The notes beneath the pieces were generated by a model. The model saw nothing but the letters and a program-made list of their open reading frames with translations. It was not told where the DNA came from and ran no database searches. The translations under genes were made by a program, and so were the position numbers. This document shows, piece by piece, positions 49,555 through 60,700 of a stretch of 64,000 nt of DNA (within the stretch, counting starts at the first letter, position 1; every line of letters starts with the position of its first letter). The DNA is taken from positions 13,826,001-13,890,000 of the forward strand of contig NC_082739.1 of the NCBI RefSeq assembly GCF_030144855.1. The letters are read 5' to 3'. The stretch is from Hypanus sabinus (lineage: Eukaryota).

Positions 49555-49770
49555 CTTCCTCTTCTCTTGAAGCTGTGTCTCAGACCACAGACCTGCCTGT
49601 TTTTAAAGGCACTTTATCAGCAGTTGATGACCAGTTAGTCTGCTTCAGTTGGTGGACTTTCCCTGACACCAAGACAACGTGGAGCTTCCAACCACACTGT
49701 CACTCTGAACTGTGATGTGTTTCCTTCAATATGTCTCCATCTCAACTGACAGGGGCAAACTCCAATCAAA
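49555..49770 (-). promoter_or_regulatory. Promoter and non-coding exon 1 of apoA-IV copy 4
   Basis: TTTAAAAA box (~49600-49607), TGATAA, AGGGAAAGTCCA and GGGGCAAACTCCA (49752-49764). Colinear with the type-A promoter. Confidence 0.7.
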
Positions 49771-50331
49771 CGGTATGCCTCCGTACAAAGGCCGTACTTT
49801 GATAACATGCAACAGCTGAATATTGTATGTATTTTGATAAAGTAAGTGTGTTTGGTGATAATTAAATAAGAACCAAAGAAAGATGAGGGGAATTAAGGCA
49901 GTGAACATAATGATAGGAAGATTCAGCTGTTTCTAGCTGTGATTCAGCTACAATCATTCTAACAAGATGTAATCCCTGTTGCCTAATGTACTTCTAGTAG
50001 GATTGTATAAGGCCTATAATTAATGCTTCTTCTGAATTTTCAGTATTTTAATGCTTTACCAGTTCAATCCAGGTTGTCCCCAGATTAGGGAAGGTTTTCA
50101 AACCATTTGCAAGTTAGAAATGCAGTTCCCACACAGCAAAAGATGAGAAGCTGGAGAGGACCTGTAGTCCTCCAATTAGCAGTTAATATTGTATACAATT
50201 TGACTAGAGTACAATTTCCTGTACGATGAACCAAGCGTGTTCCTTATAGTCATAGGCTCACACAATACAGAAACAGCCCTCTCAGCCTGACGTGTCCATG
50301 CCAACATGGTGCTTATCTAAAAAGTACTATG

Positions 50332-50998
50332 GGGTGGCACGTTAGTGTAATTGTTAGCAGAATGCTTTGAGGTACCTGCGACCTGGGTTCAATTCCTGCC
50401 ACTGCCTGTACAGTGTTAGTACGTCCCCTCACCCTGCGTGACCACGTGGGTTTTCCCCATGTGTTCTAGTTTCATTTCATCCCGCAGTCCAAAGATGTAC
50501 CGGTTGGTAGGTTACTTGGTCATTGTAAATAGTCCCATAATTAGGCTACAGTTAAATCAGGGAATAGCTAGGCAGTGTGCCATGAAGGGCCAGAACTGCT
50601 GTTCTGAGCTGTATCTCAATAATTTTTTTTAAAAAACCCATATATGGTCCATAGCCATCTATGCCTTGGCCAAAACAATGTTCCATACACCAATAATACA
50701 GTTCTGCTTTCATTCGTCAATAAGCATTTGAACAAATTCAGGCTGGTTTAATGTTTAGGGGTGGCATGGTAGTGTAGTAGTTTACATAATACCATTATAG
50801 TGTCAGCAACCCAAGTTCAATTCCACTGTTGTATGTTCTCTCCGTGGCGGTGTGGGTTTCCTCCAGTTTCCTGCCACATTCCAAAGACATACAGGTTCGT
50901 AGCTTAGTTTGTCACATGGGTGTAATTTGGGTGGCACAGGCTTGTTGGGCCAGAATGGCCTTTTACTGTGCTGTATCTCTTCGTAAATAAATAAAGAT
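50332..50998 (+). mobile_element. Two V-SINE copies (50332-50630, 50758-50998)
   Basis: GGGGTGGCA head, GTTCAATTCC B-box, V-domain and TGTATCTC tails. Confidence 0.75.
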
Positions 50999-51004
50999 GT
51001 AAAT

Positions 51005-51680
51005 TAGGAACAAGAGCAGGCCACTTCGCTGCTCAAGCCATTTCTGCTATTTAATGAGATCAAGGCTGAAACTTCTCCATCTCAGCTCCACATTCCCACT
51101 TATACCTAGTTAATTTTCTTCCCTTCACTTATCAAATATTGATCTACATTTGTCTTACAAGTATTCATAGACTCTGTTACCACTGCCCTTTGAGAAAACT
51201 TACAACCCTTTTAGAGAAAAGAACTTCATTGCATTGGTGTTTTAAATACAGAAACCTTATTTTTTTTTTAGCAGAGTGAGTTCCAGATTGTCCCACAAGA
51301 CGGAACCTCTCCATGGCCACTTTCAGAATCTTAAAATTTAAATCAAGACTCCTCATTCTTCTGATGAGACCTAGCATGTCCCATCTTTCTGACTAAGACA
51401 ACTTGCCATTCCAGATGATAATTCACTAAACTGCTACAAATGTATTCATATTGTTCCTGAAATAAGAACATTAATAGTACACATAATACTCAACACGTGG
51501 TCTCACCAATACTCCAATGGAAGCATAATTATTCTACTCTTGAAATCTGTTCCTCAAGTGCTCTGCTGCACTTGAGACAAAGGCCCCAGGCAATATCATT
51601 CTGTTAATGATAACTTTCTGTTAACCCTGCATACGAGTCATTCACTGGGACACCCCGATACTGCAACATCTCAAACTTTG
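51005..51680 (-). mobile_element. Old CR1 remnant
   Basis: Degenerate reverse CR1 3' end. A similar remnant lies at ~53690-54560 (MLLAFIARIFECKSKD...LYK). Confidence 0.55.
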
Positions 51681-52008
51681 CAATATATCACCACTTTTGT
51701 TTCACCCCTTTCTTGTTTTCACCTCTCACCAATCAGCCTTTGTCTCAGCCCTACCTCCCACTTCTCCATATTGACCATCTTACCACTACACTGAGTTTTG
51801 ACCCAAGATATTGACCATCCCTTTGCCTCCAAGATTATGCTTGATTTGTTGAGTTTCTCAGCAGTCTACTTTTTGCACCAGATTCCAGTATCTGCAGTTC
51901 TCCCGTGTCTCCCTACAAACACATTACTTGTTACATCTTGCAAATCAGAAAAAAAATACGGTCAGCAAATACTCTATTTATACACCATGGCTACTATTTT
52001 CCTTAATA

Positions 52009-52747
52009 CAGTCGGCCCTCCTTATCCGCAAGGGATTGGTTCCGGGACCCCTCGCGGATACCAAAAAACACGAATGCTCAAGTCCCTCATTTAACCTGTT
52101 TCAGTGCGGTGGACTTTAGGACCCAGCGGAGCTCTGAATCCACAGTGTTTCTGTTCATGAAAATAATCACGATCACGATTGAAAATAAAGTGAAAATAAT
52201 AAAGTGATCGGAAAGAGGTGAAACATCATCGGTCACTGGAAAAGCGTTAGGCTACAGTCGGTCAATGATCGGAACAATTATAAAGGACAAAGTGAGAAAG
52301 GCCCTGCCCTGATGAAAGCTACAATTATTACTAAGCAATGCAGTGGTTTAATTATTGAATACATATGTTTTTTAAGTGTCTTATATGCATAGAAAGGTAA
52401 AATATATATTTTTTTCTAAGACAAACATTTGACTAACTGACGCTAAATAATACTGTATGTAGCTGTTCTAACGTACTTAGTAAGAGAACTTCTGATTTTT
52501 TCGATCCNNNNNNNNNNNNNNNNNNNNNNNNNNNNNNNNNNNNNNNNNNNNNNNNNNNNNNNNNNNNNNNNNNNNNNNNNNNNNNNNNNNNNNNNNNNNN
52601 NNNNNNNNNNNNNNNNNNNNNNNNNNNNNNNNNNNNNNNNNNNNNNNNNNNNNNNNNNNNNNNNGCTGGAAGAGCATTTCCAGGTTTTCTCAATTCGTGT
52701 TTGTTGAATTCGCACATGCCGAACTCACGGATAAGGAGGGCCAGCTG
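52009..52747. mobile_element. Pogo/Tigger-like non-autonomous DNA transposon spanning an assembly gap
   Basis: TA-CAGTCGGCCCTCCTTATCCG ... CGGATAAGGAGGGCCAGCTG-TA terminal inverted repeats. Confidence 0.8.
52508..52664. other. Assembly gap (157 N)
   Basis: Run of N. Confidence 1.
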
Positions 52748-53013
52748 TAGTCTTCTCGAAACCTTAGTTCAAGTTTAATCTTTTTCTCTTCTAGTCAACA
52801 GTCTTTTTTTTCAGCCAAGGTCAGAATAGGGCAATTTGCTATTTGTGGGATCTTCCTGTGTGAGAGGTGGCTGCTGAGTTCCTCCATTTTACTTCAGGAC
52901 TGAACTTGAAAGGAAATACCTCAGATGCCAAACTTCTTTTGAAACACCCTAAGATGATAAGGTGCACACCTACTTCTGTTGCTCTTTAAATGTAGGGACA
53001 AATTGCATTAAGT

Positions 53014-53619
53014 AGTAGGCAGCCGTTAATCCCAGGGGATGATGGGTTTGTGCCTCTGGTGGACTGTGTCCTCTCCAGGGCACAAGTCTGGGTGGGAAGA
53101 TTTGAAGAACCGGCTGTTGCCCATGCAGTGGGTCTCCCCTCTCCACGTCACTGATGTAGTCCAAGGGAAGGGCAAGCGCCGATACAGCTTGGCACCAGTG
53201 TCGTTGCAGAGGTTGCCAGAGTGAAGTTGTAAACAACATCAAACAGCCTTAGGGACCCCCGGCTCCAGATTTCTTCCTTGGGGTTTACTCCTGAAGCCTT
53301 TCCCATGGGTGGGTCCGGCCTCAAGGCAGCGGAGGTTTAAAATCAGAGTTTCCCTTCTCCTAGGTGTGCTGCCGTCCAAGGGTGACGAGCCCCACCTGCC
53401 CAAAGCAACTGGTTTTGAGGGGCCAGTGGTCCGCCTTTACCCCTTCTCTTGTCGGTAGAAACAATTTTGATGGGCCTAGTAGCTAAGCCACATGGGAAGG
53501 CCAAGAGTTGGACTTTGTTGTCAGAGGCTGTTAGAGTCACATGCTATTTGGAGCACTTCATAGGTAGTGGGAGCTTATCCCCACTACCATCCCCATAAAT
53601 ATGACAACCTTAGGAAACA
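53014..53619 (-). mobile_element. Second copy of the ~600-bp non-autonomous retroposon
   Basis: Almost identical to 2400-3004, with unrelated flanks. Confidence 0.7.
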
Positions 53620-54599
53620 ATTGTATTAAAATGTTAATCAAATCAGTGCAGGTGAGCAAGAGGACATTTGTAATTATAAACTCACAAGAAACAGAAGCAG
53701 GCCTCACATCTACTCCACTGTTCAATAAGGTTGTGGCTAATCTTTTATCTCAGTACTGCTTGTCACCTTTGACCTTATACCCCTTGATGCCCTTAATATC
53801 CAAACTGCGTTGATCTGTCTTGAATCTACTCAGCAACTGTGCCTTCCAAATGCTCAAAAGGTAGTAAATTCCAGGATGCACTAGCTTCTAGGTGTAAAAA
53901 CATCTTAATGATCAATGCCTTATTTTGATATGATGACCCCAGTTTCTAGACAGTAGAACCAGGGAAAATATTTGTAAATATTTTTTTAAAAAATTGTAGA
54001 GGCTGGAAGTTTGCAATAAAGGCAGAAAGGCCACAACCTGCATGCTCTCTTTTGTTGAAAGGCAAAAAAATATCTAACTTTTCAGATCAAGGACACTGTT
54101 AGGAAAAAAAGTTAAGTCTGTTTGTATTTTCCAGTTGTGGCCAGAGTATTATCAGTATTTACCTTTTCATTTTATGTTAGAGAAATATCATCCCTGCATA
54201 CACTGTTTCAAGCCATATAATTTTGTAACAACAAGGTCACATTATAAAACAGAGGCCTATTCTGTTTAATCTCTCCTCATATCATAATCCCATAGCCTTA
54301 AAAACCAATCTGGTGTGCCTTCATATACTCCCTCTATCCAAAGTATATGAGGGAGATCAAAGTTATACATAATATTCTGGTTGAGTTCTCTGGCTTTATA
54401 TAATTTCACTGAGATGTCTTTACTCTTGCACTCAAATATTCTTGCAATGAAGGCCAATAACATTTGCTTTCCTAAATGCTGACCCACAAGCTAACTTTCT
54501 ATATTCACCAGGTCAGAGACCCAAGTCTCGATGAAGTTTAATACCATTCCATTTAAAAATTACTCTGCATTGCACTTTTGCCCTCAAGGTAGATATTTC

Positions 54600-54788
54600 T
54601 GCGTTTATTTCCCCCTCCCCCAATCCGGCAATATCAAAATATTACTGCAAGTTTGGAAGCGATTGGTCCTCCAGCAGGGAGGCAGTAACGGGAGTCAGTG
54701 CGAGGTGGAGGGGAAACTCTTGCTTGTGCCTTCAAGTTCCTTGCTGAGCTGATTGGCGGAGCCGCCGAGTGTAACCGAAGCCAAGGAG
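54600..54788 (+). promoter_or_regulatory. zpr1 promoter / CpG-enriched 5' region
   Basis: Local CpG enrichment, three CCAAT boxes (54620, 54662 rev, 54752 rev) upstream of the ATG, and no obvious TATA. Confidence 0.55.
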
Positions 54789-57700
54789 ATGGCGTTGAAC
54801 TGCAGTCAGAGCGGCCGAGGAATTGGGTCGGTTTTTCCGGATCTGAGTGCTGAGGATTCGGAGGATTTCGGCCCGACTCAAATTGAGAGCTTGTGCATGA
54901 ATTGCTACAAGAATGTGAGTCTGTGCTGGAAAAGGAGGTGACGGTGGGAGAGTGACACACGCGCACAGAATGCTGGAGGAACTCCCCAGGCCAGGCAGTA
55001 TCTATAGAAAAGAGTACGGTCGACATTTTGGCCTGAAATACCGACTGTACTCTTTTCCCTAAATGCTGTGTGCCTCCAGCATTTTGTGTGCGTTGTTTGG
55101 ATTTCCAGCATCTGCAGATTTTCTCTTGTTTGTGGAAGCGTTTGGGAGAGGACCGAGGTGGGGGTGGGGGAGGCGTGAAGCTTATGGGTCTGAGCTTTGG
55201 TGAAGGTACTAGTTGATAGGGTGGATAAGAAGTTGGGGGAACGGGACAGGGGGTTACGGGATAGGGCGTGGGGACTGAAGTCTAGGTTAGGGGAAGGGGG
55301 TTAGGGATTAAGGTCCAAGGTGGGAGTTGTATAGAAGTGGATATTGTTGAGGATGTGGCTATTGGGATATAGAAAGTAAGTTTAGGATCTTGGGTGTTTT
55401 GGGGAATATTGTTGGGTTGATATTGAAGATGGGCTTTTGGGAACGTGAAGTGCTTGGGTGTTATCATTGACGCGGAAGTTGCAGATTGCAGATGTTGGCC
55501 AGGGTGGGTGTGAAAGAAGAGGTGCAGGTGTTCAGCCCTGAGCTCTGGGTTTCCATGCATCTTCTCACTTTTGCTTAATTCTGTTAGTTGTCTCTGTGGG
55601 GAATGTTAACATGGAAAACTATTTAATATTGTACAAGCCAAAAATGTCTCTTCTTTTGGACAAACCTAAGCCACCTTATAAATACTACTGTGGGCTGTGA
55701 ATGGTAGCACTATTTAAAATGTAAATGCTTTCTACAGGCTGAAGTATTTCTGTTGAGAAGTTATACTTCCTCTTCCCTCCTGCTTATTGTTTTTAGATAA
55801 ATTTTATTTTACAACTGAGTGCAGCAGGAAATGCAGTTTGTTGTTTTTTTTGAAATAATCACAATATATCTATTGGATGATCATCTTAAGTTTCATGCCT
55901 TTTATCTTTTTTTATGTATGCTGGATGGTAGGCATTGATAATTCCCTTCTACTTTTGTTCTCATGTTAAAGGGGATGACCAGGTTGCTATTGACTAAGAT
56001 TCCATTCTTCAGAGAGATTATTGTTAGTTCATTCGCCTGTGACAACTGTGGTTGGGTGAACAATGAGATCCAGTCAGCTGGGAAGATCCAGGAACAGGGA
56101 GTACGATACACAGTCCATGTTTCTTCCAGACAGGTGAGCCTCTCGTGAACAATCCTAGACTCTTTTGCCAAATCATCAGTGTTTATATTACTGTCTCTGG
56201 TGTCAGTTTGATGTCCTTTTCTGTATTACTTCTAAAAAGGTAGGGGAAGTGCGGAAGTGTTGTCACACATTCCGGCAACAACGTAGCATGCTCATCGCGT
56301 TTGCAGAATAACAGAAAAATAAGATTCTTTCCTCCCTCCCACCCATCCACACTGTCCTCCAACCCCCACATTCTTGTCATGATTTAGAGGCTTGCATGAC
56401 TTAATGACCTGGAGAGCTATGTTGTTTGGAGTCAGGACTTTATACTTTGGCTCTTGATATAGTTACCCATGCCAAACAGGTCAAAGGGTAGAGGCCAGAC
56501 TAATACTGGCCCTCCAGGTTCAGGGGTTCAGTTCAGGGCTAACAACTCTGACTGGTTTAAAAAAAAACTGTTACGAAAACAGCAATGAAGAATCCTTCTA
56601 CATCTGAGTGAGATGGTATTCCTGAGTCTCCCCGGGATTTGCATGACTGACAGTAGTGAAAACCGAGAGGAAGCTACTGACATAATGAAGGAAGCCCTGA
56701 ACACCACCAGAAATGGAGGATCTTTATTGCTGCCCTAAGTGCCAGTGGCATAAAGGGCAGAAAGTAAGTAAGTCACCACACCATTGGAACATTTTGAGGT
56801 GTTTGCTCTATTTCCTATACAGGATAAATAATTGTTGCTGATGATATGGTGAGACATATTTTGGGTTTGGTTCCTGGTTTTGCTGAGTGGAAGTTGTACT
56901 AAATTAGTTTGGGACCAGAGGATAAATATCAGACTGTTCTCTGATTGCTGTGAAGTTATTTCATTTTTTTTAATCCCTTAAGCAGTTTCAATGATTATTG
57001 AGGAAAGGCGGTGTACTTGTAGCTGTGGTGCCTTTGAAGTTGAATAACCTATCAATTCTTGTTGTTTAGGCTGAGATCTAATAACGGTGTCATAAGCAGC
57101 CATATGTTCTGGTATGGAGAATCATATGTTACAGGAAAAAGTTGCCACATTGATGCTTATTAACCCATCTCTTAATTGTATCCTCAAACTTAATCCGGTG
57201 TATCATTAATTCTGTTTGACTCTTATGTTCCAAAGGACCTGAATCGCGAGGTTGTGAAAGCGGACAGTGCAACGACCAAAATCCCTGAACTTGACTTTGA
57301 GATTCCACCATTTACACAGAAAGGAGGTAAGTGTACCATTAGGTTATGGTGCCTATAGTATTCCAAAACTGAAATCCAAGAGAATTTGACCACTATGATG
57401 CCTGACCTTAATTGTTTGTTGGAAGTATCAGGAATGATCGCTTCAAAAAACGCGAGTTGCAAAACAATCTGCTGGAGAAACTCTGGGTTGAGCAGCATCT
57501 GAGGGGGTAGAGGTATTGTTGAAATCCTGCATCACAATTGAGAGGCTTAATGAAGATTGCAGAATTTGGAGTGAAAACATTTGGTTTGTTAGTATGAAAA
57601 TCCTATTGAAACTGCTGGTGCTGGAAATCAGAAGTAAAAATAGAAAAAGCTGGACATACTTGTTAAGGGTCTTCACTGTGAAATATATTGGCTCAATTTC

Positions 57701-60700
57701 TCATTCCACAGATGCTTCTGACCTGCTGAGAGCTTCCAATATTTTTTGTTCTTGGTTGGAAATGGAATGTAAGGACTGGGGTCAGGATGTGCACTCTCCA
57801 TGTATTGGGACACTCCTTTGACAGAAACATAAGCTCCTGACGAATAAAGTGTAGAAGGTTGTAATTATAATTGGAAGGTATGCTGTGTAGAGAAGCAGTT
57901 CCTATACGCTTACCATGGGTACCTCCTCACTTTCCCACAGGCTCCAGGTCTAGGCACTCAACTCCTGCACATTCCACCACTTGCCAGTCTCCAAAATCAC
58001 CTTGCCCCGTCATCTCTGATCCCGTATCCCAGCCCCAACAACACACTTGACATTGACAGCTCTCTCTGCTCTCTGACCCCATGATTCATCTCAGTTCCAA
58101 CCCCTGTCATTGTCTTCACCATCTCCCATGACCTCTCACTCTTGATGCTGAGCAGTCAGTGCTCAGCAGAGGCCTCACCACTGTACCCTTGCACCCACAC
58201 TTCATTGAGGTCTAGTCCTGATATAATATTGAGCTCTTCCACTGATTTTTTTCACCCCCTTTTTATTCCGCTTGGGGAGCTGACAGTTCAATGGCTTGAA
58301 TGTTGAATTTTGCAATCTATACACCCATGTGTTCTTTTCCTACTTTCACCATTCCATCCTAGCTTTCTCCTTTGTTCACCATTTCTGTCCCTCCCTCCTC
58401 GTCACCTAGACTCATCACCCTTCCCCACCTGGCTCCATTTACCCATCAAACCCCTCCCTTCTCCCCCACCCCAACCCTTCATTTTGTTCCACCCATCACC
58501 TACCATTCTCTCACACCTCCCTCTCCAATATATTGCTTATCTTTTTACACCCTCAGTTCTGATGCTGGGTCTCTGGGACCCTATGCTTCCAGAGATGCTG
58601 CTTGATGCAATGATTTCTTTAATCTTTCTTTGGGCAGTTTATTTTTTGCTGTACTTTTTCCTCAATTGCTGAATCATCATAAATGAATATTATTAGAGGA
58701 AAGACCACTGGAGTTCATATTTTGTACTGCAGCCTGTGAGCATTGTCCACTGGGGTTAAACAAGACTCCAATTCAACTGTTTACTAGCTTGCCAGGTTCC
58801 ACAGGCAGTCACAGCTGTTTGAAGCAAAGCAAGCAGATGTTAGCAAATGACAATGGTAAAGGTTTGGAGTATTAGGTTTTAATTACTTCTAACAGCTATC
58901 ATGTGAAAATCTGTTATAATTAAATCATAGTGGAGTTGTTACTCCTTTTTTAAAGTTGTGTGCATATTGTTCAATGTTCCCTGTTCAGAGGTTATGATTT
59001 GCAATTGGCTATACCAGCCTATAAAGTTAAGGACTTTAAAGGATAAAGTGGGGTATGTAGGTTGTAATGAATGTGTAATACTGACTGCTGTCTTGAACAT
59101 ATTGATTCACTTTTTAACAAACTGAAAAGCTAGTTCTTACACAAAGCTGTTCTTGTTGCTGCAGCTCTTTCTACTGTTGAGGGTTTGATTGACAGAGCGG
59201 TTGGGGGTTTAGAGCAAAACCAGCCTGCAAGGAAGGTAACTGCTTTTGTGTTATGTTTTGTTTTCTTATTCTTCGGGCCTTGGTCTTTTCAAAACCAGTT
59301 TAAAATCTGAATCCAAGAAACTTGAGTAAAAATGAATCTCTGCTTCTCATCTGCTTCATCAAAACTTCCATCATTCAGACAACTAGCTGAACATTCACTG
59401 TTGGCAGAAATGATTTTTTAAAAGTAAAAATCTGGGTTATTGTAGAAGAATGTGATGCTTGGGAAGGAGGAATACTGTTTTGAAGCTATGGAGAAAAGTT
59501 TGTATAAGAAAGACTGCCTTGAGCCTTAATTCCAACCTATGTTGGTGCTCAATGAAGTATTCATAGGATGAGGGCATAGAGTTCAAGAGGAGCTAGAATA
59601 CTTAGGGAATTGGTATTTAGAATAATGTTAATAAATTAGAGATACTGAAGCATCCTGGAAAGAGAATGGGGGCTAGGAATGAGAGGGGGAGATTGACTTT
59701 CAAGTAAAAAGCTTGTGGAATCCCAAGAAACTAGTAATCCAGACTTGGGCCAACTGTAAATGTCCCAACATTTAGATTTGATCTATATTGTGCAATCTCA
59801 TTCAAGAATGGGACCTAATTAATTTTTTTTTTAATCCATGTACCTCTATCAATTGCAGGCAACTGATCCTGATGTGGCTTATAAGGTTGAGGAATTTATT
59901 GAGAAACTAAAAAAGCTGAAGGAACTTGAGACTCCATTCACACTGGTAAATAATTTGCTACTTTCTTGTAATATTCTTTCAGGGGGAGTCTGTTAGATTT
60001 CTCATTTTGCTAGTAGGAAATAATTTGATTGCTCCTTTTACACGTAATACAAATAAATCATGGAAGATTATTAATGATAGCTATAGCACTATCTGCAGGG
60101 CACCGTGAACTTCTCTGATCACTTAGTTGTAGCAATCCTGCTACAGATTGAAGGCCTGCTGACTACTGCATGGACTAATGCACAAGTTTGTTTTGACATT
60201 GATGGTACATTATCCAGATGACTGCGAAACCTGGTGAGGGCAAGAGTTAGTGATAATACAGCAGGTGATGGATAAAGAAAGGATCTGTGGTGTAGTGTAT
60301 GATTTTCAGGAAGCATCAATGAAGCACCATACATTTGTTAAAGGTAGAATAGATGTTAAGATTGATGAATGATTTTAAGTGTGTAGGATATCCTCTGGGA
60401 ATCTGTTTGCTGTTTACGTTCATGATTTAGATGCAGAGCTGAAGACAGTGGTCTAAATTTGGCATTTTATTATATTAGGTAGCTGGGTACCCTGTCTTTT
60501 TTTAAAAAAAAATGAGTTCAATCTGGACAGTTACCGTGTTATGTTTTCAATTAACAGAAAAATGGGAGGTACTATTAAAAAAGTTGCAATGCTGATGAGC
60601 GGTGTTGATGCTGAATTGGTGTTTTGCTGGAACCACTTGGCTCCAGAGCTGACTACAGTGTTGCTCCAAGCATGGACAAAAACACCTGAATTCCATAAGT

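Noticed and set aside
52433-52717. ORFs containing X runs
   Set aside because: Artefacts of the N gap.
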